Shown here: positions 1 through 15,419 of the stretch, piece after piece
Layout: each line of letters opens with the position of its first letter
Position numbering within the stretch: the stretch's first letter is position 1
Source: Octopus vulgaris
Lineage: Eukaryota
NCBI GenBank assembly: GCA_951406725.2
Contig: OX597815.1
Span: forward strand, 73,098,001-73,162,000
Length of the DNA stretch: 64,000 nt
Direction of reading: 5' to 3'
The notes under the pieces: model-generated
Told to the model about the DNA's origin: nothing
Seen by the model: only the letters and a program-made list of their open reading frames with translations
The model's database searches: none
Program-made: the position numbers and the translations under genes

Positions 1-322
1 TTAGGGTTAGTTAGGGTTAGGGGTGGGGGGAAGGGTATCTTTTTTTTCTTCAGAAATGTAAATAAACCCAATGTGTTTCTTAAACGAGGAACATATTCAT
101 AAGGCACACAATGTTTTCACCTCAATAAGACGTCATTGATTGGTTGAAATTGCAGAAATCGAAGAAAAAAAACAACAAATATCTTGCAAACTATAGAATT
201 TTCTCAATAAAGCCAAGAGAAAAAGATGTTTTATAAACACACTCTACCAGTATACGAAGTTTAAAAGTGTTTAGTTACGTGGAAATTATTTTTAAAAACT
301 GCCGTTCAAACCAAAATGATCC
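1..322. mobile_element. Right-arm fragment of a palindromic foldback/MITE-like element (same family as 61397-62182), truncated by the window start
   Basis: Sequence from 'ttagggttagttagggttaggggtggggggaagggtatc' to 'aaactgccgttcaaaccaaaatgatcc' aligns by eye with 61865-62182. Confidence 0.85.
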
Positions 323-332
323 GCACCCCTTC

Positions 333-384
<52 letters not shown>

Positions 385-388
<4 letters not shown>

Positions 389-548
389 ATAATCTTTTAA
401 TTGTTTCAGTCATTAATTAGACTGCGGTCATGCTGGGGCACCGCCCTGAAGAATTATTAGTCGAATGAATCGACCCCCCCAAACCCAGTACTTAATATTT
501 TTTAAAGCCTGGTACTTATTTTATCGGTCTATTTTTCCGAACCGTTAT
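385..548 (-). mobile_element. SINE family A, 3' fragment
   Basis: Reverse complement matches the 3' part of the fuller copies at 30276-30700 and 55620-56000 (gactgcgg..catgctggggcaccgcc, gtcgaatgaatcga, ggtacttatt). Confidence 0.75.
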
Positions 549-704
549 GTATTTTCGCTGATGAATTATATAATATTCACATAATTTGTGATGTAAAGAT
601 GCATAGCAAACACCGAGTTGCACAAAGTAGCAACACAATATTTAGAGAAAAATTAAAAGGCGAAACAAGAAAAGGCGAAACAAGACCACTCTCTTACACA
701 CACA

Positions 705-753
<49 letters not shown>

Positions 754-819
754 ATTTGTAGATCAATCTGCAAGTATAGACACAAACCAACAGGCATATA
801 ATGTCCGGAACTTCACTAC

Positions 820-1970
<1,151 letters not shown>

Positions 1971-2092
1971 ACCGACCAAACTTAAAATCCTCTTAGAAGA
2001 AGAAAAGTCATTAGCGGCTTTCTAAAAAAGAAACCAACTGTAACGATGTTGTGTTGAACTAAAAACATAGTTACCCAACTGAAGAACATTGT

Positions 2093-2178
2093 CTAAGGCC
2101 AGAAGATATCGCCTGCTTTCTTAGATTTAGCGGCTGACGTCTGCTGAACAGCAAGATACCCGATGGTTGCATAGTTTT
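2093..2178 (-). CDS. Possible terminal coding exon of an unidentified host gene (xNYATIGYLAVQQTSAAKSKKAGDIFWP*)
   Basis: Short complex-sequence island between low-complexity tracts. On the minus strand it has a pyrimidine-rich acceptor 'gcgaaactttccag|AAAAC', an in-frame TAG at 2093-2095 and a donor-like 'TTGG|gtaact' just downstream. No homology recognised. Confidence 0.25.
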
Positions 2179-2619
2179 CTGGAAAGTTTCGCATTAAAGC
2201 AAAGCAGAAAAAAAAAACAACAACCGTAACAAAAAGCAAAACAAAAAAAAATGAAAACCAAGCTATCGCACTGGGTGGCATGCAAAACCTTTGAAGTTAG
2301 CTATTCCTTCTATTTCTTTTTCTCCTTCTTTTTCTTCGTGTTTTTATTTTTGTTTTGTTTTATTTTGTATTTGTTTTGTTTTTAACAGTAAGGCCGTCGT
2401 TTTTGTTTTTGTTTTTGTTTTTGTTTTGAACTTGTGGCGTGGGTCGTGGTTTGTAAGATGCATTCTCAAATGTGGATTTATAGCAATATAACAGACTGAC
2501 TAGAAACTGCAAAACATCAACATCAACCACAACAGCAATAATAATAACAATAACAAAAAAGTCATAACAACAAACAAACAGGAAAAAAAAACCGACAGAA
2601 AACAAACTGAAACTGCAAA

Positions 2620-3120
2620 AGGAAATCATCAGCATCGCAATCATCATCATCATCGTCATAACCATCACCACCACCACCACTACAACCACCACCACCACCT
2701 TCACCATCATCATCACCACCACCACCACCACCACCACCACCTTCACCATCATCACCATCACCATCACCACCACCACCACCACCACTACAACCACCACCAC
2801 CACCTTCACCATCACCACCACCACCACCACCACTATGACCATCATCATCATCATTATTACTACCATTATTATAATCAATATCATATCACTATCACCACCG
2901 CCATCAGCATCACCATCATCCTCAACAAACCCCGTGAATATCACTAACACCACTATCACCATTATCATAACCACTCCACCACCACCACCATGGTCGTCAT
3001 CAACATCAACACCCGCTATACCAATATCTCGTCATCATCATCCTCATATCCACTACCACCACCATCACCACCACCGCTTTAATCATCATCATCACTTCCA
3101 CCACCACCGTCACCACTATT

Positions 3121-3177
<57 letters not shown>

Positions 3178-3178
3178 G

Positions 3179-3231
<53 letters not shown>

Positions 3232-3598
3232 ATCCCCCATTTCTACCACCACATCATCATTTTCAACAATGCTCTCCACCTTACTCTTACATAATCAACA
3301 GTATCGTTATTATTCTCCTCTGCGTCATTATAATCCTCATCGTCAACATTGGGTCAATCATCATCAGTACCATAATCATCACTACCGTCAACATTACCAC
3401 CACTAACATCATCACCATCACCATCATCATCATCATCATGATCATAACCCACCACCCGCCATCACCACCACTTTGAACATCATCATCATCATCACCACCA
3501 CCACCCACTACCCGCCACCGCCACCGCCACCACTTTAAACATCATCATCATCATCATCATCATCATTACCCACCACCCGTCACCGCCACCACTTTAAG

Positions 3599-3638
<40 letters not shown>

Positions 3639-3640
3639 AA
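2620..3640. repeat. (CAT)n/(CAC)n compound microsatellite block
   Basis: Directly visible; source of the poly-His/Met/Asp ORFs. Confidence 0.95.
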
Positions 3641-4014
3641 AAGCAAAAAGACTAAGTAATACAGCAAAATATGGCAACAAGAGCACAATAATAACAAGAA
3701 CAACAGCTGTAGCAACAACAACATCAGCACATGCAACATCAATAACAACAACAACAACAAACACAACAGCAATTGTAGCAATTGCAACAACAAAAAAAGT
3801 AAAAAAATAAATACAAACAATAAAACACTGCGCTTAGAATCATCACAAAAGACGCACAAGAGCGAATCAACAAACACAAGTTTAAAAAAATAATGAAAAC
3901 AAAACAGCTACAGTAAACACGATGCCTCATCTCATTTGATGTTTATGGCGCTAAACAACAACAACAACAACAGCAACAGCAACAGCAGCAACAACAACAG
4001 AAGCATTGAGTCTG

Positions 4015-4893
4015 TGAACACTTTCCCTCGCCCGAACTCATTCAAGTCCAGCACAAATTATGCATGTAGATACATCCAAACAACACAACAACATCGTCAT
4101 CAATGTCATCTCTGTACATGCCGCCTTTTGCATGGCATTTGACATGTGTTGATAATAATAGTAAAGGTCCCATTTCGATCTTCTCTATCTTTTCTGTGGC
4201 CACTGCAACAATCTAGAGCGGTGGTTCTCAAGCGGGTTCCTTATGGACTCTCAGAGTCCATATAAGATTTGGGGGCAGGGTAGGGAAGTGTCCACGCAAC
4301 AGAATAGTAAATTGTCCACAATAGTAATTATGGGTCCCTGAAAAAACTTTTGCTTTAGATTTATGCAATAGTGTGTGTTGCAAAAAAACAAAAAACAAAA
4401 AAAAAACAGCTAAGTTTCTTTCCCTAACGTTTTACATAGTTCAACCTACACAAGTTAATATGTGAAAAATAAAATGAGAATTTTGAAACAAGTTTCTACA
4501 AAACTAGCTTTCAAACATCGAATGGCAATGGGAGACTACCAGAATGAAATAGCAATCAAAGGGCTCCATAGATAAAAAAAAATGGCTAAGAAACCGTATT
4601 CGAGATACAGGAATAGATTGAGCACTGGAGAAAATGCACCATTCTATGAACGTTTTCCCTCGCCTCGCGTCATTCAAGTCCAGTTCAAATTATACAAATA
4701 CTTATCCCCAAAATAATAGCTCAGTTAACAAAGTCATCTCTGTACATGTCACTTACCTAATGACATATGACATACGTTCGTAATAACAGCAAATATCCCA
4801 CTTCGGACTCGTCTATCTTACCTATGGCCACCACCGCAATCTACAGAAATACAGAAATAGATTGGACAGCGGAGAAAATGTACCATGTTCTAC
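4015..4893 (+). repeat. Diverged tandem duplication (~250-bp unit); first copy interrupted by a MITE
   Basis: 'ttccctcgcc...tcattcaagtccag...gtcatctctgtacatg...caatcta' occurs at ~4022-4216 and ~4655-4843. The continuation 'atacaggaatagattg...ggagaaaatg' occurs at ~4605 and ~4849. Confidence 0.75.
4219..4598. mobile_element. Non-autonomous hAT (Charlie-like) MITE
   Basis: Left end 'cggtggttctcaa' resembles the CAGTGGTTCTCAA hAT TIR; degenerate right end 'ctaagaaaccgta'; inserted at a 'tctaga' site inside a duplicated sequence. Confidence 0.55.
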
Positions 4894-5625
4894 ACTGCTT
4901 CATTGCTTCACTGCTCCACTGCACTTTAACGAAAACTTATTGCATATTAGCGGATGCAATGTGCAGTGGGAGACGCAACTTTGTTTGGAGGTACGGTATA
5001 TCTGGAGACTGGAGCTATGTGACCTGTAGATCATCCTGATCCACTCACAACAGATTAAATATGCACGTGACCATAGTTTTCTATTGGACCTGCCCAAGGT
5101 TACGGTACAGCAGCAACAACGACGAATGTGACATGCTAACGAATTAGTAATGTGATGTATCAGGATAATTGTTGGAATAGAGATAACTATTTTGCATCGA
5201 TGATGATTATGATGTTGATAACGACAGTGAGGAAGATGAATTGATGAGGAGAATGACAACGACGACGACGACCACAATCACGACCATGACGATGAAGATG
5301 ATGACGAGATGCCGACTTCTACGACGATAACGTTGAGTCTGATGACGATGATGACGATGACGATGATGGTGATAATGATGATGATAACGACCATGAAAAT
5401 GATGATGACAACGACGACGACAACGATGGTGATGACGATAACTGATGTCGGTGTTGTAGAAGAGTAGAGTCGAATGAATTCAATCCTCAGTATATGTCTG
5501 GTATTAATGACACGATCGTAGTCAGAGCAATGACAACAACACACAAGGTAAAACTGGTTGAGATATCCTTTCAGAAAGAACAGAAATGAAAATAAACTCA
5601 GTAAAAAAAAATATATTCTATTATA

Positions 5626-6270
5626 CACAGTGTGTCCATAAAGTTCCGATTTCTACAATCTATTGTATCTATTAAAATTGATATCCATTAACCAACTTCT
5701 TTGCAATGTTAAATAAATATAAGCGTATAAACAGCAAAGTTGGCGAGCATCTCAGGAAATCCACACGAAACAAGAGAACTGGAGAGAAACAGCCCAAACA
5801 TCAATGTTTGGTACAGTCTCATGTTTGATCGACTGATTGGCAGAAGAAACGATTTTGTTTGTTTACAGAAGAAACGATTATTTCCAATATTTACCTTGAT
5901 CTTTTACAAGAATTTGTTGCACTGCAGTTGCACCACTTGCAACCAACAAGACTGTGTGCCGCCCCACAGAGGGTTGAGTGTTCGAGATTTTCTCAATGAA
6001 ACTTACCCAAACCGATAGATCACAAGAAGTGAGCCAGTTCCCTGGCTACCAAGATCACCAGATATAGCTCCTCTAAACTTCTTAATAGTCTACATTATAG
6101 ACAAAGTCTATCGTACAAAAGTTCAAAACCTGAATGATCACGATGAAAAAAATACACCAAGCCATATTTAACATTGATGAGGGGATGCTCCAACACGCAT
6201 GATCAAAAATTGACCATCGTCTTGATGTGTTGCATGTAACCAATGGAAATCGAAGATCAGAACACTTCCA
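5626..6270 (+). mobile_element. Degenerate Tc1/mariner-superfamily transposon (catalytic-domain remnant)
   Basis: TA followed by 'cacagtgtgtcc' terminus. Translations give SPNINVW, QQDCVPPH (QQDGAPPH-like), VRDFLNETYPNR and WLPRSPDIAPLNF (WPPRSPDL-like), with stops and frameshifts. Confidence 0.85.
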
Positions 6271-6443
6271 CGTGGATAGTCTGGTCGATACAGTGAGACA
6301 GTATGAATATATATATATTGTTATAGGTCTGAGGAAAGACGTAGATGGAAGAGTCGCTGAAGAGGTCACAGATGTGTGACGAAAGATTTCCAGACAATGG
6401 ACATAAGATAAAATAAGAACAATAATAAACGAGTGAAGAGCGA

Positions 6444-6542
<99 letters not shown>

Positions 6543-6657
6543 TACTTAGCAAGGAAAAAAACAGAAAAACAAACGACCATTCCGAATTATAGCAAAACCT
6601 TTCCAACTCACAATTTCTTACCAGAAATCTTGCAAAACAAACTTATAAACGCGCGCG

Positions 6658-6789
<132 letters not shown>

Positions 6790-6810
6790 TGTGTGTGTGT
6801 GTGTGTGTGT

Positions 6811-7426
6811 ATTACCGAAATATTAGCGTCAAGCGGTGTTTAGGCAAAAGTAATATTTTGGTTAGTTAGAATATGTTTGTGACATATTTCAACTGCTAAA
6901 TGGCAAATTCAATGCAATTACCGTAGAGAAAAATACTCTCTTATGGTAAAAAGGTGTGAAAACATCCTATCTGTTCAGTGTTGTTCTCTAACAGGATTCC
7001 CAGACATCGATGTTTTTAGCTCGTTAGCTTTTAACAATGGGAAGTACCTAAAAGAGGCAACTCTGAGCAGAACTCATAAAACGATAGGTTTATATGAAAT
7101 ACAGTCAACAACGTTGACTGATTTGCGTAGGTAGATAGTCAGTTCGTGGAAACTACCGAAATATTAGCGCCAAGCAGTGTTTAGACATAAGCAAAATTTA
7201 GGTAAGTTACAATGTTTGACATGTTTCAATTGCTAAAAGGCAAATTCACTGCAGTTACTGTATATATATATATATATTATTCTATAATTATATACATAAT
7301 TATAACAAACTTTAAAAAAGTTTTTTATTTCTGTATGGTTACCTGGTAAAATCATTATTGATTTTACCCTCTATTATTATTAAAATAATATTTGAATATA
7401 CATACATACATACATACATACATACA

Positions 7427-7503
<77 letters not shown>

Positions 7504-7615
7504 ATTATAATTATATACATAATTATAACAAACCTAAAAGTTTTTTTTTCTGCATGGTTACCTGGTAAAATCATTATTGATTTTACCCTCTATTATTATT
7601 AAAATGATATGTGAA
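6811..7615 (+). repeat. Two local diverged direct duplications (6811-6930 vs 7155-7262; 7275-7400 vs 7500-7615) separated by microsatellites
   Basis: 'taccgaaatattagcg.caagc.gtgtttag' occurs twice; 'atggttacctggtaaaatcattattgattttaccctctattattattaaaat' occurs twice. Confidence 0.85.
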
Positions 7616-7673
7616 TAAACATACATGCACACATACATGCATGCATACATACATACATACATACATACATACA

Positions 7674-7704
<31 letters not shown>

Positions 7705-7805
7705 GTGTGTGTATGTATATATATATATATATACATACAAGTACTGTCATGCGTTACACAATCATCAGGTTCATGTAGTGACAGTTCTGTTCCACACCTG
7801 ACAAC

Positions 7806-7838
<33 letters not shown>

Positions 7839-8229
7839 ATATTCGGATGCTGATATCAATCCAGATGTTGGATGTTGCTATTAGTGTTCCGTTCATTACA
7901 TTTTCATCATATTATTAATAGTTTTCCTTTATGTTTAAAGCGTTTCATTTGCCGCTATTGATTCAGCTGTCGCCACTATGTAACCACAGGATAATCGTGA
8001 CTAAGTAGATCCATGATCAATGCCTTCCTTCACGGGCGACCACCTGGTCTTCTTTTCAGCAATAACGTATTAAACTCATTAAACTAGTTATTGATAATTA
8101 AATTTCGGCCTTCGCTAAATACGGCCTTTCGAACATGACTATTTTCTCCTTTTTTCTGACATTGCGTGGCTGGGACTACACAACCATGTTCAAAGTATTT
8201 CTCAGCCTTTAAGATAGTAGCATGTGAGT

Positions 8230-8385
8230 TTAGATCTTGGTTACGACTTTAAACTCTATTCAGTAGTGGGGGACCTACTTCCGGAGTTCAAGGTTTTTGA
8301 GGAGTGTGGAACCACGTCGTAGCCATTATTATTCCCAGGTCTACTCTGAACTGGACTAGTAGCACCTGTCAAGATCCCAGGCCTT
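8230..8385 (-). repeat. Unclassified interspersed repeat (second copy at 30100-30245, + strand)
   Basis: Shared 'gacctgggaa.aata', 'cac.ctcctcaaa' and 'cccactat/ctg..gtttaaagtc' blocks in opposite orientations. Confidence 0.55.
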
Positions 8386-8409
8386 GCCTAACTATGCATA
8401 TGAAGACTA

Positions 8410-9275
8410 TTTCCCACGGACTCTGCACAAGAATCCTTCATGGTTGAACAGAGCGGAAGGTGACTGCTATAACGCATTGTGATGTGCAGAGTGCAAGATG
8501 AGGCAAGTAAAACATTTTGGTCATCCACTGCATCCGTCTCGATCCCCAGTCGTCTTGACCTGGCCTTGCCAACTGGAATGAAGATGGTCACTGACAAGAG
8601 AATGAGGATGATACTGTGCAATTCTTTTCCACTTGAAACAAAGCCACCACACAATTCATCGGTCATCCTTAAAGATGACTAGACGATCTTCATCTCTCCA
8701 ACAGACGAACATAATATGTGTGCGTGCGTGTGTGTATGCGCGCGTGTTATGTGTGTGTGTGAGAGAGAGAGAGAGCTTGTGTGTGTGTGTGTGTCTTTGT
8801 GTCGGTGTGTCATGTGTGCGTGTGTGTGCATATGCTTGTGTAATGAACGTTATTCATCTCCAATAATCTTTACTATATGAATCGACGTACTAAAATAGTT
8901 TGACTGATTCAGTTTGGTGAATTACTAATTGATATTTGAAGAAACCCCAGGACAAAATCTAATTAAGTCACAACTACAGGACTCTGCACAAGAAACCTTC
9001 ATGGTTCAACGGAGAGGAAGGCGACTGCATCAACGGATTGTTCAGTGCAGAGAGCAAGATGAAGCAACTAAGACATTTTGGTCATCCACTGCATCCGTCT
9101 CTATCCTCAGTCACTCTTACCTGGTCTTGCCAATGGGAAATGAAGATGGTCACGGACTAGAGAGTGATGTTGGTGGCGCGCAACTCGTCTTCACTTTAAA
9201 GAAAGTCACCGCACAAGCCATCAGTCATGCTTGAAAATGGCTGGATGGTTTTCATCACTCCAACGGACGAACATG
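8410..9275 (+). repeat. Diverged direct duplication (~300 bp; 8410-8710 vs 8975-9275)
   Basis: 'ggactctgcacaagaa.ccttcatggtt' and 'acattttggtcatccactgcatccgtctc' are present in both copies. Confidence 0.85.
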
Positions 9276-9489
9276 TTGATATAAAGATTTGATTGTTCTT
9301 TCTAGCAGGTCGAGCGATTACGGTTAGGTGGGAACGCAGGACTCACCATTCTTTACAAGGTCTCCGAGACCGGTAGGAGTGAGAAAGATATCCTAAAATC
9401 AAGACCTTGCGCGAATAATCGCAGTTGATTGATCACTGCTAAATGTATTCAAGGCGCCAGGTTGGTGATGTTAAAGAGAACATGTTAAA

Positions 9490-9840
9490 TCTAGGTGTTC
9501 TACCTTCACACTTGCACCGATCTTTTTCAGCCATGTTGGTAGTTGAGCGCTGATACTTCCATGTGCAGCAATTACTATTGGTATTATGTCTACTCTCCAC
9601 ATTAACCACGACCTTCGTACTTCCTACTTCAAATCGTCGTAGTTGTTCAGTTTTTTCTTATTTCTCTTTGATCCTATTGTCACTGGGATATGCTCTGTCG
9701 ATTATCATGCATGTTCTTTCGTTTTAATTCACCACAACAATATCTGGTTTCCGATTACTGGTCAGATGATCACACTGAATCATTACATCTCAGGATTTTG
9801 CAACCTTCATTCTCGGTGACCCCTTCTGGGCTTTGCTCAT
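9490..9840 (-). mobile_element. RLE-type (Dong/R4-like) non-LTR retrotransposon, endonuclease-domain fragment
   Basis: Minus translation 'PEGVTENEGCKIL...NRKPDIVVV...CMIID...NYDDLK' is a PD-(D/E)xK restriction-like endonuclease region, with stops. Confidence 0.8.
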
Positions 9841-9889
9841 TAATATTATTATTATTGTAGTTGTTGCTGTTGTTGTTGTTTCCTTTCAT

Positions 9890-11340
9890 TATAACTTTAT
9901 TTCAGCTGCCTTAGTACCGGGCATCCTCCGGAGGCCAAGAGTAGCAAGGGCACTTTTGCTTTGCTATGCATGCTAAAATTATCACCACATTTATTCCATT
10001 TTAGATGGTGAGTACTTGCCGTAGTATATAGGCTGTACCCATCAAGGTTATCTTTTGTAGTTCACGGAGATTGGAGTTACCAAGGAATCGCTTAATATAC
10101 TTCTCAGCTCCCTTCTTTACCATTCTCAACGCACCAATTATTACTGGTATTATCGTAGTACTAAACTTGCACATTCTTGTGATTTCAATTTGTAGATCTT
10201 TATAGTGAGAAAGCTTTTCATATTCCTTTCTTGAGACATTTTGATTTTGTTGGACAGACATATCTATTAACAGACAAGTTCCTCTGTTGTAGTGTTTGAT
10301 CACAATGTTTGGTCCATTGGAATCAATTTTTCTGTCTGTTTGTAATGGGAGGTTCCAAAAGATTGTGACGCCGTCGCCATTTTTTCCTCATCCTCTGGAT
10401 GGTGCGTGTACCACTTACCATGGTATTTAATTTTGTAGTATTTACAAGCATTCCAGTGGATGCACAGCCCTAATCTGTTATGTCTTATGAGGTACTCCTT
10501 TTCAGCGAGGACTGGGCAGCCAGAAACAATATGATCAATTGTCTCTGTAAATTTTCCGCAAATTCTGCACGAGGGGCAAGATCCATCTTTAATGTGATTT
10601 TGGATGTCTACATGTGATTTTGGATGGTGCATTCGGTACCTTGTAAGGATTTTACGGATCTTCCCATCTATATTCTACATGTCAGTGAAACTCCACTCAA
10701 TGATGCCGAAGCTACATGTGGTTACTGGTATGGCCAAAGAATTAATCGCATCAAATCTGTTAGCAGCATTTAATTCTCAGTTTACGACTATTCTTACCTT
10801 TCGGTAGCATTCCTTACGGATTTTCTCTTTCATTTTAGAGTGCTGGATACCATCACCTTCATTGGTTCCCAGATATTTGTATACTTCGGATTGGTCTAGG
10901 TTTCGAATAGCTGTGGTAGTATCAAGTTCTATGTTTTCTACCTTTATGAACTTCCCTGACTTGAAAATAGCTTTTGCACATTTATCCAAGTCCGAATTCC
11001 ATACCTATATCAGAGCTGAATTCTTTGACAATATTCAGGAGCTCTTCTAATTCTTTGTCATTTTTGGCAAACAGTTTTAGATCATCCATTTAGAGTAGAT
11101 GATTAATTTTCTAGTCAAAGATCTTATACCTTTTCATAGCGTTATTCAGTTGCGTGAATAATGGGAACAGAGGGAGGCAGAATAGTAATGGTGAATAATG
11201 TGTTACCTTCAAAGATACCACAGGCGGTATTGATGTCTGGCGAGGTGGTATATCCTTGTGTATGGTTTAAAATAAAGGTGGTTCTCAACGAATTCGTGAT
11301 TACTTGCAAAAAGTTCACAATTGTTGGAGCTATCTTGTAA

Positions 11341-11342
<2 letters not shown>
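9890..11342 (-). mobile_element. Dong/R4-like non-LTR retrotransposon, degenerate RT + CCHC + RLE
   Basis: GIFEG (GIFQGD-like), INHLL*MDDLKLFAK (YMDD), YKYLG, CRICGKFTETIDHIVSGC zinc knuckle, RHN, CLLIDMSV..KEYEKLSHYKDL; (ATT)n-type repeats lie at or near both ends. Confidence 0.9.
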
Positions 11343-11403
<61 letters not shown>

Positions 11404-11539
11404 GTTTTTTCCTTCTTTCTTCAAATTTTCTTCCGTTTCTCGCCGGGTGTTTTCCATACACCTAGGGCAGAAAAGCTCATTGTATGTATTCCCAGATTAC
11501 ACACGCAAATTCACAGATAAAATATGTATTTAAAAATTA

Positions 11540-12640
11540 ATAAATAAATAAATTCATGGATGGATGTTGTTTTCACAGCGATAATGCTCTTCTCAGTACA
11601 TGAGCCGTTGCAGTTAATATGATTTTTTGCACTTCCTGTAGGGATGGTAAGCCTGGAATCATTTTCAAATAGGTTTCAGTGCCTTTTTTTTCCTAGAGAT
11701 CCTACAATCACTGGTACTGTAGTCGCCTTGAGATGCCACATTTTTTCAATTTCTATTAGCAGTTCTTTATATTTACTAATCTTGTCAAATTCTTTCGCCG
11801 CTATATTGTGATCGCAAGGGATACTCATGTCAATTAATAAACACATCTTTTATAATAATATCCGGTTTATTAGCTTTTATAGTCTTGTCGGTCTGTACGG
11901 GGAAGTCCCATAGAATCGACACATTTTCTCCCTCAGTCACAGCTTCAGGATGGTGTTTATACCATTTGTCAGCGGTTTTGATTTTATAATACCGAGATAT
12001 TGTCCAATGTAAATACTGGTCGACTCTGTCATATCTTGCTTTATATTCTGCAGGTGCTAAGACTCTACACCCTGAGATTAGGTGGCATATTGTTTCAATC
12101 TCATCGTTACAGAATCGGCATTTTGGGTCAGCTCCATTTTTATCACATTGGCTTGGTAGTTCCGGGTTAATAAGCTTTGGTCTTGAGCAGCTAATATGAA
12201 ACCTTCACTCTCTGCTTTTAGCCCTGAGCTTCGTAACCATTGCTGCGTGTGTTTCTGGTCGACATCAGCTTGTTTGCTATGGGCCACATACTTGCCATGG
12301 AGAGGTTTCTGTTCCCATCTGCTAGCTAAATTTTCATGTGCTTTCGTCTTTGCAATTAATTTTATTTTCTTTGCAGCTGCAGTTGGCGCATCTCCTTCAG
12401 CCTGATCAATCTGGTAGGTATCTAAGAGATCAGCAGCGAATTTTTTGCTCTCTTTGAGAATAGAGTGAAGTATTTTCAGTCTTTCAACAAGTTTTAGTAT
12501 CCAATCGTTGGTTGCATCAAGGTATTTGGCCAATCCGATTGTGGTGGTTTTGTATGTAAGTTCAAGCTGGATCAAACCTCGACTTCCCTGAGCTCTGGGA
12601 AGGTAAAGGCGATCCACGTCTGCTTTGGATGGTGCATCTT
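11540..12640 (-). mobile_element. Dong/R4-like non-LTR retrotransposon, 3' fragment
   Basis: MHHPK..DRLYLPRAQGSRGL, WEQKPLHGKY, AESEGFILAAQDQSLLTRNY, then ILWDFPVQTDKTIKANKPDI..LIDMSIP; the 5' end abuts (ATT)n. Confidence 0.9.
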
Positions 12641-12862
12641 ATTTATTATTATTATTATTATTATTATATGTTTGACTTTTGCTTTATATTTGTACAAGTT
12701 GGCTCCAAGTCTCACAGAGACCTCAAGACAACAGGGTTGGAAGTTCATGTTGTTGTTATGCCTATGTGCCATATATTGGGGTGGGGATGTTGTACTAATG
12801 AATGTCTAAAAAAAGGTTTTCTTTTTTTTTTTTAAACCGAAAATTATGTTTGTTTTATTGAG

Positions 12863-13205
<343 letters not shown>

Positions 13206-13685
13206 TTATTGTTACTACTGCTTCTGTTGTTAATTTTGTTGTTGTCATCGATGCTGTTACCGGTGGTGGAGCCGCAGTTGCAATTATTGTTGTGACAACT
13301 GTTGCTGTTCATATCATTGTTTCTGTTGACGCTGCTCTCGTTATTGTTGCTTGATCTCGTCGTTGTTGTTGTTACTGTTGCTGCTAATGTAGTTGTTATT
13401 GTTTCTTATTGTAGTCGATGCTACCTCTGCTGTTGTTGTTGTCGTTTTGTTGTTGTAATTGTTGCTACTGTTGATGGTAACAGAGGTGTTGTAAAAGGAA
13501 AGACGAAGTCTAAAGTGAACGTCGGAAGGAAGTGACTTTGGTTGGGATATTTCCAATTCCGATTGCAAAAGAGATAGATGTGGTGGTGGTGGTGGTGGGG
13601 AGAAAGAGAGAGAGAGAATGATAGAGAGACGGGAGGAAATAAATGGAGAAATAGGAAGAGAGAGAAACAGATAGGGCGAAAAGAG

Positions 13686-13810
<125 letters not shown>

Positions 13811-13884
13811 ATGACAGAGAGAAGGAAGGAAAGAGACAGTGAAACACTGAAAAAACAGACAACGAAAAGAAAAGGGGCAGATGG

Positions 13885-13915
<31 letters not shown>

Positions 13916-14599
13916 GAAAGTGATAGAGTGAAGGACTGAAAGAAATAGAGAGAGAGAGGGAGAGAGGGAAACAGAGAGAGAAAGAAAGAGAGACAGAAAA
14001 ACAGATATTGCGAGAAACAAACACAGGGAGACAGAGAGGAATTAGATAGACTTGTCGAAGACACGCTTTAAAAACAAACTTACTGGTTCTTTTCTTTTAC
14101 TTCTTTGGTTTTTTTTTTTTTTTCTTTGTTTTCTTTTTTTTTTTTTGTTATTGCACCAAGATTGGGTCACATCTCCAGTCTGAAGGAAATATAAACAGAC
14201 ATATCAATAACAGATACACAAGAACAGCAAAAAAAAAACAACAAAAAAAACGCCCAGAAAGCAATAGCAACAACAGCGGCATCATCATCAACATCAACAA
14301 CAGTAATAGCAGCAACTATAACAATAACAACAACAACAACAGAAATGCAATGCAGCAACAGCAACATCAACAAGAACAATAACGAAAATAATACAAACGT
14401 TACTAAAAAAAAAAAAAATACAAAAAATTATATATAAAGACGAACAACAAAATAATCGGCTTTATTGTGAGATGTCAATAAACAACAACGACGGCGAAGA
14501 CGAAACGAAGTAACCGACACAATAAGAAACAGAATAGAGCAAACAAAACAACAACAAAAGAAATGCGAAAAGAACGACAAACAACAACAACAAAAATAT

Positions 14600-14730
14600 T
14601 TTAAATTTTGGTACAAGGCCGGCAATTTCGGGGAGAGAGTGAGTTGATAAAAATCGATACCGGCGGAATTTGAACTCAGAACGTAAAGGCGGACGAAATG
14701 ATGCTAAGCAATTATACCCGGCGGCAAAAT
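14600..14730 (-). mobile_element. SINE family B, partial
   Basis: 'ggcggaatttgaactcagaacgtaaag.cggacgaaat' is the reverse complement of the family head. Confidence 0.75.
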
Positions 14731-15159
14731 AATTTTTCCCACGAGAGTTCCGCACCCCAGTTATGAACTCACTTGCTTACAGCAATCAGAACTCAACTAT
14801 AAAACTAGTGTCCAACTAGTCACGAAAATACTCTGATTGCGTTGTAGCAAACTCTAACTGTTCTAAACGGGTTAAGAGGAGTGACAAATGTGAAATTTAG
14901 TGTACAAAGTGAATGAAGAGCTGCTTCACCCATGAAGCCATAAATTTTACCAATTTGCGTAATTTACTGGAATATGTAAATGATTGTAGTTTCCTAATTT
15001 TTTGACTAATTTTGTACATTCCTAATTTAAAATGTTGGTGTTGACCTGGAAACATCGTAAACAATATGGTGTTGTATCGTTTTGCGCCCTCCTTGTATAA
15101 ATCAATGGGTACACGCAGCATCATAAATCTCAGTCTGAGCATAGGTACCTAATGTTAGC

Positions 15160-15380
15160 TAAGCTGGCAGAATCATTAGCACGCCGGGCGAAATGCTTTG
15201 TGGTATTTCGTCCGCCGCTGCGTTCTGAGTTCAAATTCCGCCGAGGCCGATTTTGCCTTTCATCCTTTCGGGGTCGATAAATTAAGTACCAGTTACGCAC
15301 TGGGGTCGATGTAATCGACTTAATCCCTTTGTCTGTCTTTGTTTGTTCCCTCTATGTTTAGCCCCTTATGGGTAATAAAA
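15160..15380 (+). mobile_element. SINE family B, near full-length
   Basis: 'agctggcagaatcattagcacgccgggcgaaatgc...gagttcaaattccgccgagg...ggggtcgataaattaagtaccag'. Confidence 0.9.
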
Positions 15381-15419
15381 AACAAATATAGAGATGGTGC
15401 TCTCATGGAAAAAAAAAAA

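Noticed and set aside
1-30. TTAGGG repeats at the window start suggesting a telomere
   Set aside because: Only 3-4 imperfect units, and the same motif is an internal part of the foldback element at 61397-62182.
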